The notes under the pieces: model-generated | Told to the model about the DNA's origin: nothing | The model's input: only the letters and a program-made list of their open reading frames with translations | Databases searched by the model: none | Shown: piece after piece, positions 1 to 13,558 of the stretch | Layout: the number at the start of each line of letters is the position of its first letter | Position numbering within the stretch: position 1 is the first letter of the stretch | Source: Octopus vulgaris | Lineage: Eukaryota | Assembly: GCA_951406725.2 (NCBI GenBank) | Contig: OX597827.1 | Coordinates: forward strand, 26,350,001 to 26,414,000 | Direction of reading: 5' to 3' | Length of the DNA: 64,000 nt | Translations under genes and position numbers: made by a program

Positions 1-140
1 AAAAAATATAGTGTTTTAATTTTTGGATAAATATATTTATCTTGTTACGAAAAATCATTTTTGGATTGAAACATCAAGTGAGGGTTTATGTTCCCGACAA
101 TTAGTCAAATGTTTAGCTTTGGGTTAATCTTGATAAAGTA

Positions 141-470
141 GAGTGGCACTCCGTCGGTTACGACGAGGAGGTTCCTAGTTGATCCGATCAACGAAACAGC
201 CTGCTCGTAAAATTAACATGCAAGTGGCTGAGCACTCCGCAGACACGCATACCTTTAACCTGGTTCTCAGGAAGATTCAGCGTGACACAGGATGCGACAA
301 GGCTGGCATTTTGAAATACAGGTACTACATATTTTTGCCAGTTGATTGGAATGGAGCAACATAAAATGAAGTGTCTTGTCCAAGGTCACAACTTGCTGCC
401 TTATATCGAACTCACGACTTTACGATCGTGATTCAAATAGCCAAAACACTAGGCCACGCATTTTCACCTT
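141..470 (-). mobile_element. tRNA-derived SINE, family C
   Basis: Collinear with 57104-57402 (gcactccgtcggttacgacg...gtggctgagcactcc...aaggctggc...gaactcacgactttacgatcgtga...cactaggccacgc). Minus strand starts with a tRNA-like head with A/B-box-like segments. Confidence 0.8.
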
Positions 471-663
471 GATTAAGTGGGATTATGTTGAAAAGTTTTC
501 TATATGGAATCACTCCGTCTCTCCTTTTGTTCTGCATGAAAACCAGTTTAGTGTCCTTAAATTTCCAACATTGTCGACACAAGAAACTAGAGATTTGAGG
601 GCAAACTTCAATCGATTATAGCGGTCCCAGTATCCTACTAGTACATTCTTTTATTAAACTCAT

Positions 664-1057
664 GACGGCGAGCTGGCAGAAACGTTAGCACGTCAGGCGA
701 AATGCGTAGCCGTATTTCGTCTGCCGTTAAGTTCTGAATTCAAATTCCTCCGAGGTCAACTTTGCCTTTCATCCTTTCGGGGTCGATTAAATAAGTACCA
801 GTTACGTACTGGCCTCGATATAATCGACTTAATCCGTTTGTCTGTTCTTGTTTGTTCTCTCTGTGTTTAGCACCTTGTGGGTAGTAAATAAATAGATATT
901 TTGTCTGTTGTTACGTTCTGAGTTCAAATTCCGCCGAGGTCAACTTTCATTCTTTCGGAGTCGATAAATTAAGTACCAGTTGCGTACTAGGATCAATCTA
1001 AAAGACTGGTCCCCTCCAACCAAAATTTCGGGTTTTGTGCCAAGAGTAGAAAAGATC
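664..1057 (+). mobile_element. SINE family A (OK-like octopus SINE, name tentative), dimeric copy
   Basis: Head ggcgagctggcagaaacgttagcacg, B-box-like gttcaaattcc, core ctttgcctttcatcctttcggggtcga; the core recurs at ~910-980. Imperfect TSD ttttattaaactcat / ttttatcaacctctt. Confidence 0.85.
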
Positions 1058-1139
1058 ATTTTATCAACCTCTTAGAAACTTGCGCTCTGTAGGATACGAA
1101 CACGGATCATTGATAAACAGAATAACTTTAAGTCATCGT

Positions 1140-1330
1140 TAGAGCATCGGAAAAATGTATTGGCGTATATTTTGGCTCTTTATATTTTGAGTTCAAATCT
1201 CAACTTGGTCACCTTTCTTTTTCATCCTTTTGGAACCGGAAAAAAATTAAGTTGACAATATGCTGCGATCGATATCATTGACTAAAGCCTCCTCTAAAAA
1301 TTGCTTGCCTAGAAACTAAATCAGAGATTG
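1140..1330 (+). mobile_element. SINE family A, degenerate
   Basis: Diverged core gagttcaaatctcaacttggtcacctttctttttcatccttttgg. Confidence 0.55.
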
Positions 1331-2461
1331 TTATTTATTCCGTCTCGGCATCTTGTACGCCTTCGAAAGTGAATGGGCATCGGAAATTTAGTTGAATCTA
1401 GGATATTACTGGTTGGGCTGAAGATAACATTCTCCCTTTCCCCCAACTGTTAAGAAGGCTCTGAACAGGGTCAGAGACACTGCCATTCCTGGGCTTTTTT
1501 TCTTTACCGTTTAACGACAGAGAGAATCGCAGTGCTCTAGCCTACTCTATTTTCAGGAAAACTGAAACTCTGACTAAAAAGTGGGCCGAATTCGTGCAAC
1601 AGCCTGGATTCTGCTAGATACACCCAAGACCAATCTACGCGACAGATTAAAGCTTTCGCTTGAGAATTCTGAACTGAAAGTCTTGGAAGAAATACTGCAA
1701 AGCACCTCGTCTAACGTATCAAGTTCACCAATCCATAAGTCTCAACTGGTTCTTCATTTTATGGATACTGAAAGGATGTAAGATAAATATTTCCTCAGCA
1801 GGATTTGAACATACAGCTTAGAAAACCAGAAGAAGACTTCGCTCTTACACTTTAGTGGTTCTATTAAATCGTTGCCTAAACTATTAAATTCAACGAAGCA
1901 AAAGTAAATACTGTTACACAACTTAGTACAAATCTTTAGCGTTTCTGACAACATACTAAACACTATCATTAATGTTCTAGCATCAATTTTAAGTACTAAC
2001 GACACCGATTTTCATCAAAGCTCGTTGACTATCCACAATTCGTATTGATATATTGATATCAGATGTAACAGAGTCCATGAAAACGAGTGGTGGAATGCGT
2101 CGGTAAAACTTGTATTCGGAATTTTAAAAAAAACGGCAAAAACAGTGCTTTAAAACTATTATCGAATTTATCAAAAGATGCGTTGCTGTGTACATTGATC
2201 AGCGATAGGCAGGAGGAATTTGAAGTATTTTAGGCGTTTCTGCTGAGTACTACAGTATGAAGAAGTTCTCTGAAGAACTTAGGAATACTGAAGTGAAAAC
2301 AATTTAGTGAAAAATATGATGTGATTTGATCAGCCAGCTTCCTGATGTACAGTGAAATCATTGTTATTTAGTTAACATGTAACCTCTGATCAAACTGAAT
2401 CATGGTCAAAGGTATTTTGTCCCTGAGAATGTTTTCTTCCTTTCTTATTTCTTATTTCATT

Positions 2462-2670
2462 ATTGCCCACAATGAGCTAAACATAGAGGGGACAAACAAG
2501 GACAAAGGGATTAAGTCGATTACATCGTCCCCAGTGCGTAAATTTATCGACCCCGAAAGGATGAAGGGCAAAATCGAACTCGGCGGAATTTGAACTCGGA
2601 ACGTAACGACAGACGAAATACCGCTAAGCATTTCGCCCGGTGTGCTAACGTTTCTGTCAGGTCGCCGCTT
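2462..2670 (-). mobile_element. SINE family A
   Basis: Reverse complement of family A head and core (cgaccccgaaaggatgaagg...ggaatttgaactc...gctaacgtttctg). Confidence 0.85.
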
Positions 2671-2744
2671 TCCTTTCTGCTGTACAATGCACCACAACAA
2701 TGATAACCACTGTGTTTATGTCCTGATTTTTAAAAAAATACACG

Positions 2745-3370
2745 CGGGCGTGGCAGTGTAGTGAGATGATTATTTTCCTTTGCACCTTAGGCAAGTAACT
2801 TCTATTATAGCAGTGAACCGACCAAAGCCTTGTGAATGGATTTGGTAGACGAAAACTGAAAGGAGACCTATATGAGGAACTTACTTTCAAAACAGTATAA
2901 GTTCATATTTGGTCGATTTCATGATAACTATTAAATCACAATCTGCAGGCTGCTGCCTCAACACACTTGAAATTTTCTTCAGTCAAACTGGGATAGATGC
3001 CACATATAGAGAGGAGGCGAATCTTAATCTTCCAATCAAAACCAGATTATTCAAATTGTTGCTTTAAACAATTACTCATAAATACTTACGATGCATAGAT
3101 CTGGTTTTGAAAGTAAACTCTTCATATATACATGTAGGTATGTATGTGTGTATCTGTCTTTGTGTCTGTATTTTTGCCCCACTACCGATTTCCAACTAGT
3201 GTTGGTGTACTTACGTCCCCGTAACTTAGCGGCTAGGTAAAAGACACCGATAGAATAAGTACAAGGCTTGAAAATGGTATTGGGGTCGATTAATTTGACT
3301 AAAAATTCTTCAAGGCATTGCTCCAGCATGGCCGCATTCAAATGACTGAAACAAATAAAACATAAAAACA
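2745..3370 (+). mobile_element. SINE family B (CORE-type, OR-like, name tentative), split into 5' (2745-2870) and 3' (3140-3370) parts
   Basis: caccttaggcaagt...gaccaaagccttgtgaatggatttggtagacg matches the family B 5' half; ccagcatggccgca...aaatgactgaaacaa matches the 3' half. Confidence 0.7.
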
Positions 3371-4059
3371 TTATTTTGAGATAGAATTCTCAACTATTTT
3401 AGCATACAGAGTGTCCACATTGCGGTGCCCTTAATGGTTCGTTGAATTATGAGGGTGTGTGTCCGAGTGTCAGGTTTAGAGCCTATTTTCCGAGACAAGT
3501 CACCGAATTGAAGTTTCCTTTCAACTTGACATCTAAATATTTAGCCACTTCCTATCAACATTAGACGTTATATTTATGTTATATTTATTATTGAATCTAT
3601 GTCTACAGCCAATATCATTTAATATCTATCGATCTGCCACTTTAATGATACACTGCATTATTATCATTCAGTCTAAATAAATGGCCAATAAATCATTTGA
3701 TATCACTTTTTCAAGATGTGATTTGCGATAGCCAGCCTTAGGATAGTTGACACGTAAGGTCAGCTATTGATTCGATATACATTTCCTTTCGGCTATTGTG
3801 TCGTAAGGTATACGGTACATTAAAGTTTAATACTTTATGGCCATCGCTAATGTCGTGTCCACCATTTCAAATGTTATCGAGTTTATTTTCAAACATGAGT
3901 AAATATTGTCAGGCATTTGAGCAACAATATACTTGGTGTGGTCTTTCACTCAGATTTATCTAACCGAAAGATTAAGTTCCAGATTTATAATTTTGATTCT
4001 GTCTACTGATTCTATTAGATCTGTAATGTGCCAGTTTCTACAAATTCTAAACTCTAATA

Positions 4060-4500
4060 TACGAGAGGGTGCGGAAAAGTTCGTAGCTTTGGGTAAAGGA
4101 AAAAAAGCAGATGCAGGAGGATCAGTTAATTATGATTTTATTCAACATATTCTTTTTTAATCTAGACACAAGGCCAGAAATTTTGGTGGGTGGGGCCAGT
4201 CAATTAGATCGACCCCAGTACGACCTCGAAAGGGTGAAAGGCAAAGTCGACCTCGACGGAATTTGGACTGAGAACATAAAGACAGACGAAACACCGCTAA
4301 ACATTTCGCCTGGTGGGCTAACGTTTCTGCCAGCTTCGCTGACTAATTTTAATCAACATATTTCGTCTCTCAGATTCACACATTTATTGCAGCGGTCCTT
4401 CAGTTTTTCTAAGCCCTGTAAAAGAACTAAGAAGATTGGGCCTGTAACCAGGCCTTTCGCGGCACCCTTAAGTCAAGAGGTTTTTAGCGCCATCTCGTAG
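4060..4500 (-). mobile_element. mariner transposon remnant (transposase C-terminus and probable TIR), interrupted by a SINE
   Basis: Minus strand reads GLEKLKDRCNKCVNLR..YVE*, like mariner transposase C-termini. TIR-like tacgagagggtgcggaaaagtt at ~4060. Confidence 0.6.
4152..4345 (-). mobile_element. SINE family A with 17-bp TSD
   Basis: Family A core, flanked by attttattcaacatatt (4135-4151) and attttaatcaacatatt (4346-4362). Confidence 0.85.
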
Positions 4501-4629
4501 TGTAAAGTACAAACTAAGGAATTTAAATCACTTGAAACCCATTTCTTGGACAGACAAATCTTGGATAAACAATTCTTGGACAGAAAGTTCTTGACAGACA
4601 ATTCTACAACTTACAACTTGGTTTCTTAT

Positions 4630-4846
4630 CTCTTAGTTGTTTCAGTCATTAGACCGTGGCCATGCTGGAGCATCGCCTTGAAGAATTTTTAATTGACTCG
4701 GGTACTTATTTTTTTGAAGCGTGGTACTTATTCTATCCGACACTTTTACCGAACTGCTAAGTTACGTGGACGTAAACACAACGACACTGGTTGTTAAGCA
4801 GTGGGGGAGGACAGACATAATGATAAACACGCACACACACACACAT

Positions 4847-4884
<38 letters not shown>

Positions 4885-5040
4885 GCTATGGGCTTCTTTC
4901 AGTTTCCGTCTACCAAATCCATTCACAAGTCTTTGGTGAACCCATGGTTATAGTAGAAAACACTTGCCCAAAATGAAACGCAGACTGATGGAGCTGGAAC
5001 CACGTGGTTTGGAAGCAAACTTCTCACCACTGCGCCTATC
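4630..5040 (-). mobile_element. SINE family B
   Basis: gtttcagtcatt...ggccatgctggagca...ttctttcagtttccgtctaccaaatcc...cacttgcccaa; collinear with 22320-22750 and 53395-53793. Confidence 0.85.
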
Positions 5041-5489
5041 TTGAAATATTTACTATGAATCTCAAGAACGGAGGCTTTCGTCATTTTGTATAACTGATCC
5101 CTACTTCGTTTCTGTTCACAATGAATCAAAGCTCTGGACTCAGTAATTGTTTCCACAAACATAGATAAAAACTCAACTGATAGTCATCCTTAATTCACTC
5201 ACCAACCTCAAGGACCAAATACTTGCTGCTTCCCCTCTCTTTGCCATTATGTGTCGGGACTACGATGGCCCTTTTCTCACCATACATTAAGTAGTTACAA
5301 ACCACTCCACGTATTTCAACGCATATATTCTCAACAAAGGCGGTGCTCCAGCAAAACCACAGTCAAATGACTGAAACAAGGAAAAGAGAAAAGAGTAAAC
5401 TAAATTCAGGAGAATGTTTGAATTCCAAATTAAAATAATTGCTTTTGTCATATGACATTAAAGTTAATAGGCATAAATTTCATATTATT

Positions 5490-5680
5490 TTCTACTAAAA
5501 GCACAAGGTCTGAAACTTGGGGAAGGGGGACTAGTCAATTATATCGACCCCAGTGTTTCACTGGTACTTAATCTATCGACCCCGAAAGGATGGAAGGAAA
5601 AGTAGACCTCGGCGGAATTTGAGATCAGAACGTAAAGGTGGACGAAATGTCACCAAGCAATTTATCCGGAGTGCTAATAT
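5490..5680 (-). mobile_element. SINE family A
   Basis: Reverse-complement core atcgaccccgaaaggatggaagg...ctcggcggaatttga. Confidence 0.8.
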
Positions 5681-5707
5681 AAATTTCGTAATATTAATTT
5701 TCTCCGA

Positions 5708-5925
5708 GGGTGGTGAGCTGGTAGAATCGTAAACATACCGGAGAAAAAGTTTAGCATTATTTCGTCTCTCTTTACGTTCTGAGTTCAAATATCACCAAAT
5801 CCGACTTCGTCTTTCTTCCTTTCGAGGTCAATAAAATAAGTACCAGTTAAAAATTAGAGGCAGTGTATTTAACGACCCCCTCCTCCGAAATTGCTTTCCT
5901 TCTGCCAAAATTAGAAACCGATATT
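5708..5925 (+). mobile_element. SINE family A
   Basis: ggtggtgagctggtagaatcgt...ttctgagttcaaat...aaataagtaccagtt. Confidence 0.8.
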
Positions 5926-6513
5926 AATTTTCCCCGTCTAAAGCATAGTTTAGTACCTCTTTGTCAAATTACAGTAAATTTAGGTTTTAGGCCTTCATTA
6001 TTTGGTAAATATTTCCCTAGAGAAATATACCAACAACTCCCAGAGATAATAACCAAAATGTGCGACATTAAGATAGACTTTTCCTGTCAGAATATAAGAG
6101 CTATATACTCTTGACAGAAAATCAATTCAATTATTTAATACAGTTTTTTTTTTTTAGGTGTATATAATGTTAATCTTATTTGTGATAATTCAGTAGTAAT
6201 CTTTTATTTGTAATTATGATGCCTGATTTACGATCATTCTAAAGTAATCTTTTATTTCTAATTATGAAGCCTGTCTGCTCTCAGACTGTAAATATATCGG
6301 CAGATTAACCCTGGAATAATTGCACACGCCTGTTGCTGTCTGCTTCGTCAATTTGGTGTTTCCGTTCCAAGATCAATCTGCTGCTATGACAACGTACAAT
6401 AATTGTTACTTCCCAAGCTTACTGATAGATGAAAATTTATTTTACACGGTAAAACTATTCTGTAAGTGGGGCCCTATATTTCTTCGCCTTTCTATGCTAA
6501 TTATCCAGGTCAG

Positions 6514-6514
<1 letters not shown>

Positions 6515-6587
<73 letters not shown>

Positions 6588-6595
6588 CATTATTA
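6515..6595. repeat. (TTA)n microsatellite
   Basis: Direct inspection. Confidence 0.95.
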
Positions 6596-6974
6596 TATAC
6601 TGTGACATGAATCTGATCGCTATGTGTTACTTTATTAAGATAATAAGACACAGCAGAACACTTCTAGTTCTCAGTGTTGCTCTGCTGACTCATTACCGAT
6701 GTTAATTAAACTTCAGGGTGGATTACAGCAAGTGTCATGCGTCAGACATTTTTCATTTTACTATTACATGTATTTATGGTCAAAACTTGCCGAAACATCT
6801 TTGTTGCACATCTGTCTCCTGGCGATCAAATAATCACCAGTTCTGAACTGATTTGATCAAATGCAGCTCTCTGTTCCTCCCTCTGCATGTGCAGCCTTGA
6901 GTCAATGTAAACATTAGATAAGACAGAACAACATGGATAATAAATACAATTATATATACATATGCACGTACACA

Positions 6975-7138
<164 letters not shown>

Positions 7139-7199
7139 ACACGTGTTTAGACAACAAGCACGGACAATCCAGTACAATTTGTTTCAGACCTCTCATATT

Positions 7200-7376
7200 C
7201 TTTCCTACTCTAGGCACAAAGCCCGAAATTTTGGGGGAGGGGCCAGTTGATTAGATCGACCCCAGTACGCAACTGGTACTTAATTTATCGACATCGAAAG
7301 GATGAAATACAAAGTTGATCTCGGCCGAATTTGAACTCAGGACGTAAAGACAGACGATTCTGCCAGCCCGACGCCT
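7200..7376 (-). mobile_element. SINE family A, internally deleted
   Basis: ctactctaggcacaaagcccgaaattttgggggagg...gaatttgaactcag...ctgccagcccgacgcc. Confidence 0.8.
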
Positions 7377-9224
7377 AAGCCTCTCATATTTTGCCGGGTT
7401 TCTTTGTTCAGCGATATATTTTCGCAGCCTTTATTGAATAAATAATTACTATAATTATTCGGATGGATAATCAACATTGATCATTGAACATGTTTGTTAT
7501 GCCAGCATTTAATTAGCTTAACACGTACCCGTTTGCAGACTGGACTGCGGTTCTCCTCCACTCTTTGCGTTTCATTGTTTCCTCTATCTTTCTTCCACTT
7601 ACCCTTTTGACAGAATTCCACTTTTTCCTAAAATTCTCCACGCCCTGTAGTTCATGGTTTTCTCAATCTCGTTCTTCCAACTCTTCTATTATTTCGGCGT
7701 CTTCATAACGACGATGCTATTTCTACGGTTTCTTCGTTTCTGCTACTGACATTAAAAGACAAAATATATTTTTAACTAACTCATTTATATTACAACAATG
7801 CGGAAGCTTCGATAAGATGTGAAATAAATCATTTTAAAGGCGAGTCTCGAAGTGGATACGGCTATAAATGATAACATGTAATACAATAGTTTAAAAACGC
7901 TTTGTATGAAAAACAAAGACTGAAGGCTTTTTGCAAGACTTAGCTGAGACTCCTTTTTATCCTCCAGTCCATTTGAAATAAAATACACACTAGTCAATGA
8001 TTATGAAAGACTCAATTAGAAATGATGTACCGACAATTAGTCAAAATTCAGGTTTTTTAATATATAATAGTTTTCGAACTATTAATAGATGTTTAAAAAA
8101 GGTAGAGATCTGTTCTGAAAGAATGCACCCTATGCCATGAGTTTTCCGTCTTTTAAGATTTATTTAGGTTTAATATTAGCAGCTAAATCCATCTCAAATC
8201 ACACTCACTGTCTTAGAAAGATTCGGGAAGATAAAATATGGAATTGGTTATCTAGTTTAATTATCATAAAAGTGCTAGTCGTGAATTAACATCAATGTCT
8301 AGAGCTTTAAGCATCTATAGTGACGCTTCTTATTTGAGTAGAAGTATAGTTCTGATAAAACATCGATATAGATTATTGAAGTGGAATGGAAAATAATGCT
8401 CAGTTCAGCAGATACAACGGAATAAATGATCGATGGTAGATTTGTCTTTCACCGCTGTGCATATGTACGTATGCATATGTAGGTATATATATTTGCAGTA
8501 AAAAAATCTTTACCATGTCCTCTGACAAAGTAATTTGTAAAGACTATGTTACTTCTAAAATCTCATTCATTTTCTTATTTTTTCTAACGCTTGTTGCTCA
8601 TCATTCTCTATTTGCAAAAGTATGGCTGTCCGGTTGACAAGTTTCGTTTGTAAATACGCGGTGTTGGTTTAGGCTGTCTCCTACTCGTCAGTAACTTTAA
8701 ACAACATTTTAATATCGTAAACACGAGTCGTAGAAATATTTAAGAGCGAAATTTGGAAGTGAGTAAGAAGAAAGAATCCTGTTGAATTTTGTGGTGTAAG
8801 AGATATGTTAGACAGTCCCTGCCACAGCAAAATCCATGCTAGTTGGAATTTAGGAACTTGTGGATCTCCAGGAAGCCAGTAATTCTTGATCTTACCACTC
8901 TTTCGAACACTTTAATGAATTACGGGCATGAATGAACATCATGTATTTACAGTCTGTATGTCTTTAACAGACGCCACGAAGTTCGAAATGTTTAGGTCAG
9001 ATCTTTATTTTACATCTTTTATTCTTTAATTCTATTTCTTTCAATCATTGGAATGCGGCCATACTGGAACACCGCCTTGAAGGGTTTAGTCGAACAAATG
9101 TACGGCAGTAGTTACTCTATCGGCCTATTTTACCGAACCGGTGGTTGTGGGTAAACACAAGGACAAAGGTACACACACATGCGTATTAGCAAATAAATAT
9201 GTAAGATATGTATGTAAAACTTAG

Positions 9225-10700
9225 ATACGTTTCGACCAAAGATTGGTCCAGGCCATGCCAAACTTACAGTACCACCTCATAGGATTATCTAAATCTTTTT
9301 AAAGTCAAGTTTTGTGGTATAATGGTCTATTCGAGTAGGAAGTTCTTGTTGAGTGAGTTGTATCCAGATATAAGTGGCTTATTTGGTACTCCTTGAAGAA
9401 ATTTGTCCAGATTCCATTTAAAGGTGATGGGATCCTTTTCCTATTTGATATATTTTGGAACAATGTTAAATAGAACAGGTCCTGTTGAGGAAAATAAAAT
9501 TGTGTTGCAGTGTATTAATGTGTTGTAATCCTGAATCGCGTAAGGGAAGTATGGCCCATGGTCCTAGCCTTGGATGAATTTTGGAGCTAATATCGAGGTT
9601 GCTTGGGTAACGCTGGCGGTATAGTCTCCACATCCTGTAAATCCTGTATCGCTCGCGGCGGCGCTGCAGAGAGTAGAGTATCAAGGCATTAAGACGGTTC
9701 CAGTAATCGAGATCAGTCATGCCCTTAATACGTTTAGTGAATGCCCTCTGGGTTGATTCAATTTTCGAGATGTTTTGTTTTGTATGGGGAGACCACAGCA
9801 GGCAGCAGTATTCGAGGTGTGATCGTACAAATGAGAAGTAAAGTGGAATGATGACATCTTGTTCTCTGGACCGAGAGGTTCTTAGATCCAGGAGCTCATC
9901 CTACGTGCTACGTTGACTTTATTGTTGATGTGGACACTCCAACAGAGATTGTTATCAATAATTACTCCTAGGTCTCTGATATTATTAGATGCTGTGAGAG
10001 GTTTCCATAAAGGAAGAGAGTATGGTTGTTTTAACATAATCTTTTTCCCAAAATGCATCAGTTTAAGTTTTCCTTCGTTTCGTTGCATTTTGTTTTTGTC
10101 TGCCCATTGACTCACCAAATATAGATCAGACTGGAGCTGAGTTCGGTTTTCTTCTTCATTGGTGATTTGCTGGAGCTTAGTGTTATCCGCGAATATTCTC
10201 ACTTTGCTGTGTTTTACGACGCTGGGAATGTCGTTTATATAGATTATAAAGAGGAGCGGGTCCAAGGTAGACCTCTGGGGGACACCACTGGTGACTTATG
10301 CTGGGCTTGAGTGGACCCCATCGACCACAACATATATTCTGTTCTCCAGAAAATACTCAATCCAGTGTAGAAGTTTTCCACGGATTCCAACATTTGCCAA
10401 TTTTAAGATTAAGATATTATCATCAACTCTGTCGAACGTTTTACTGAAGTCAAGATATATGACATCAGAGTTCGAATCTGTTCCCAAGGCTCTAAGTATA
10501 TCCTCAATGTGGTGTAAGACCTTAGACAGTTCCTGCCACAGCGAAAGCCATGCTGGTTTGAATTGAGGAGTTTCTAGATGTCCAGGAATCCTGCTATCCT
10601 TGATCTTATCATTCCTTCAAACACTTTAATGATATGAGTGAGATTGGAGGATAGTTGACTGCGTGGAATCTGTTTCCCTGTTTGAAAACCGATAAACATG
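9225..10700 (-). mobile_element. CR1-group non-LTR retrotransposon, 5'-truncated, degenerate reverse transcriptase
   Basis: Frameshifted RT motifs DVIYLDFSKTFDRV (10296-10487) and PLLFIIYINDI...IFADNTKL (9882-10265); C-terminal YWNRLNALILYSLQRRRER (9466-9720); 3' stem-loop gaccaatctttggtc. Confidence 0.9.
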
Positions 10701-10746
10701 GAGGTATATAAATGTGTGTATGTGTGTATACACACACACATATGAA

Positions 10747-10782
<36 letters not shown>

Positions 10783-10850
10783 CTCATATACATATATATA
10801 CATATACATACGCGCACACACAGACACATATGCATATATATATATATAAT

Positions 10851-11060
10851 TTAAAGAAGAGATTATAAATTCTCAAACGCAGGATAGTGCTAATAATATA
10901 GCTTGAACAGGATAAACTACCCTTATTTTGCAGAAAAAGGTGGTGGAGGCCAGCTATGAGGCCGTCAACACTTTTTTCTGCAAAATAAGGGTAGCTTATC
11001 CTGTTCAGGCTATATTATTAGCACTATCCTGCGTTTGAGAATTTATAATCACTTCTTTAA
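10851..11060. repeat. near-perfect inverted repeat (about 101-bp arms, 8-nt loop)
   Basis: 10851-10951 pairs with 10960-11060 with about 7 mismatches or wobbles. Confidence 0.95.
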
Positions 11061-11139
11061 CTTTCTAAGACATCTCAACGCTTCTAAAGCAAACTTCGTT
11101 TGTTTTTTTACTTTCATCATAATTTGAATATAGATATAT

Positions 11140-11308
11140 TTTTTCTTTATTTTCTCACTTTCTTTTCTCTCCTTGCTTCTTTCTGTGTTCGCTTCTGTGG
11201 AAGAGCGTAGGCTCGAAACGTTAAAGACTAAAGTGTTAAACTAATACATCTGTTTGTTGTCTACACCACCTGTCTTCGTCTTTTGCTTTTGTGTGAATTC
11301 TCCCCCTA
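11140..11308 (+). mobile_element. PLE-type short repeat with degenerate minimal hammerhead motif
   Basis: ctgtgga-a-gagc-gtag-gctc-gaaacgtt at 11195-11222; same family on the minus strand at 16610-16750. Confidence 0.55.
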
Positions 11309-11323
11309 CACATACACACACAA

Positions 11324-12540
<1,217 letters not shown>

Positions 12541-12906
12541 ACATATATATATACATACGAATGTCTTCTTTCAGTCTCCACCTATAAAAATCCACTCACA
12601 TGGTTTTTGTCAGCCCATGGGCTATGCAAGAAGGCCTTTGCTCTAGGACCACGCAATGGGACTCGATCGAAGGCATAATCCCTCAGAAGCAAGCTTCTCA
12701 ACCGCTAAGTTTCCCCATAACCATACACGGACGACTGCTTCCAATATACAGGTCTTTGTTAATATATTTGTCTCCTTCGAGCAATCTGCTTACATCTCTC
12801 TTTAGGTGTCTATCTAAATACATCTCTATATATTTGTGCTAAACTGATAAATCTATTTACGTCTAAATACACACATGCATATAAATAAATAGATATATAT
12901 GTATAT

Positions 12907-13147
12907 ATAGAATGGTTGTATACTGTCAATCTAACAAGAACGTGACAGTAGGGGGTACACCACCGCTGTATAGCCCTAGGAAGCATCGAACGCCTCCTGA
13001 TGGCTTTGACACATTTTTCCCTGTGTCCTTATATACATATACGAAGGGGAGACAAACACCCCCGGCTGCCGAAACTGCCGCTATACAGCGGTGGTGTACC
13101 CCCTACTGTCACGTTCTTGTTAGATTGACAGTATACAACCATTCTAT
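12907..13147. repeat. perfect 68-bp inverted repeat with 105-bp spacer
   Basis: 12907-12974 is the exact reverse complement of 13080-13147. Confidence 0.95.
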
Positions 13148-13197
13148 CGCTGCACCACTGTACATGTCTCTACGAGATATTTAGAAATTCAATATTT

Positions 13198-13267
<70 letters not shown>

Positions 13268-13415
13268 CATATACATATATATTCGTATATGTGTATATAT
13301 ATAAATATAAGTGCGTGTGAGCGTGTGCGTGCATGTCTACGTGAGTGTGTGTGTGTGTGAATAAATAGATACATGTGTGTACAAAAAAATTATGTCTGTG
13401 TATATATATATATAG

Positions 13416-13461
<46 letters not shown>

Positions 13462-13516
13462 GCACATATATATATACACACGCATATATACATATACATA
13501 TATGTATGTATGTAAG

Positions 13517-13558
<42 letters not shown>

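Noticed and set aside
1545-1780. Possible exon after ttttcag
   Set aside because: No recognisable domain and no partner exons; cannot be supported without RNA data.
4540-4610. About 15-bp tandem units (ttcttggacagacaa)
   Set aside because: Too short and degenerate to assign to a transposon subterminal array.
6195-6273. 31-bp direct repeat
   Set aside because: Ordinary local duplication with no further structure.
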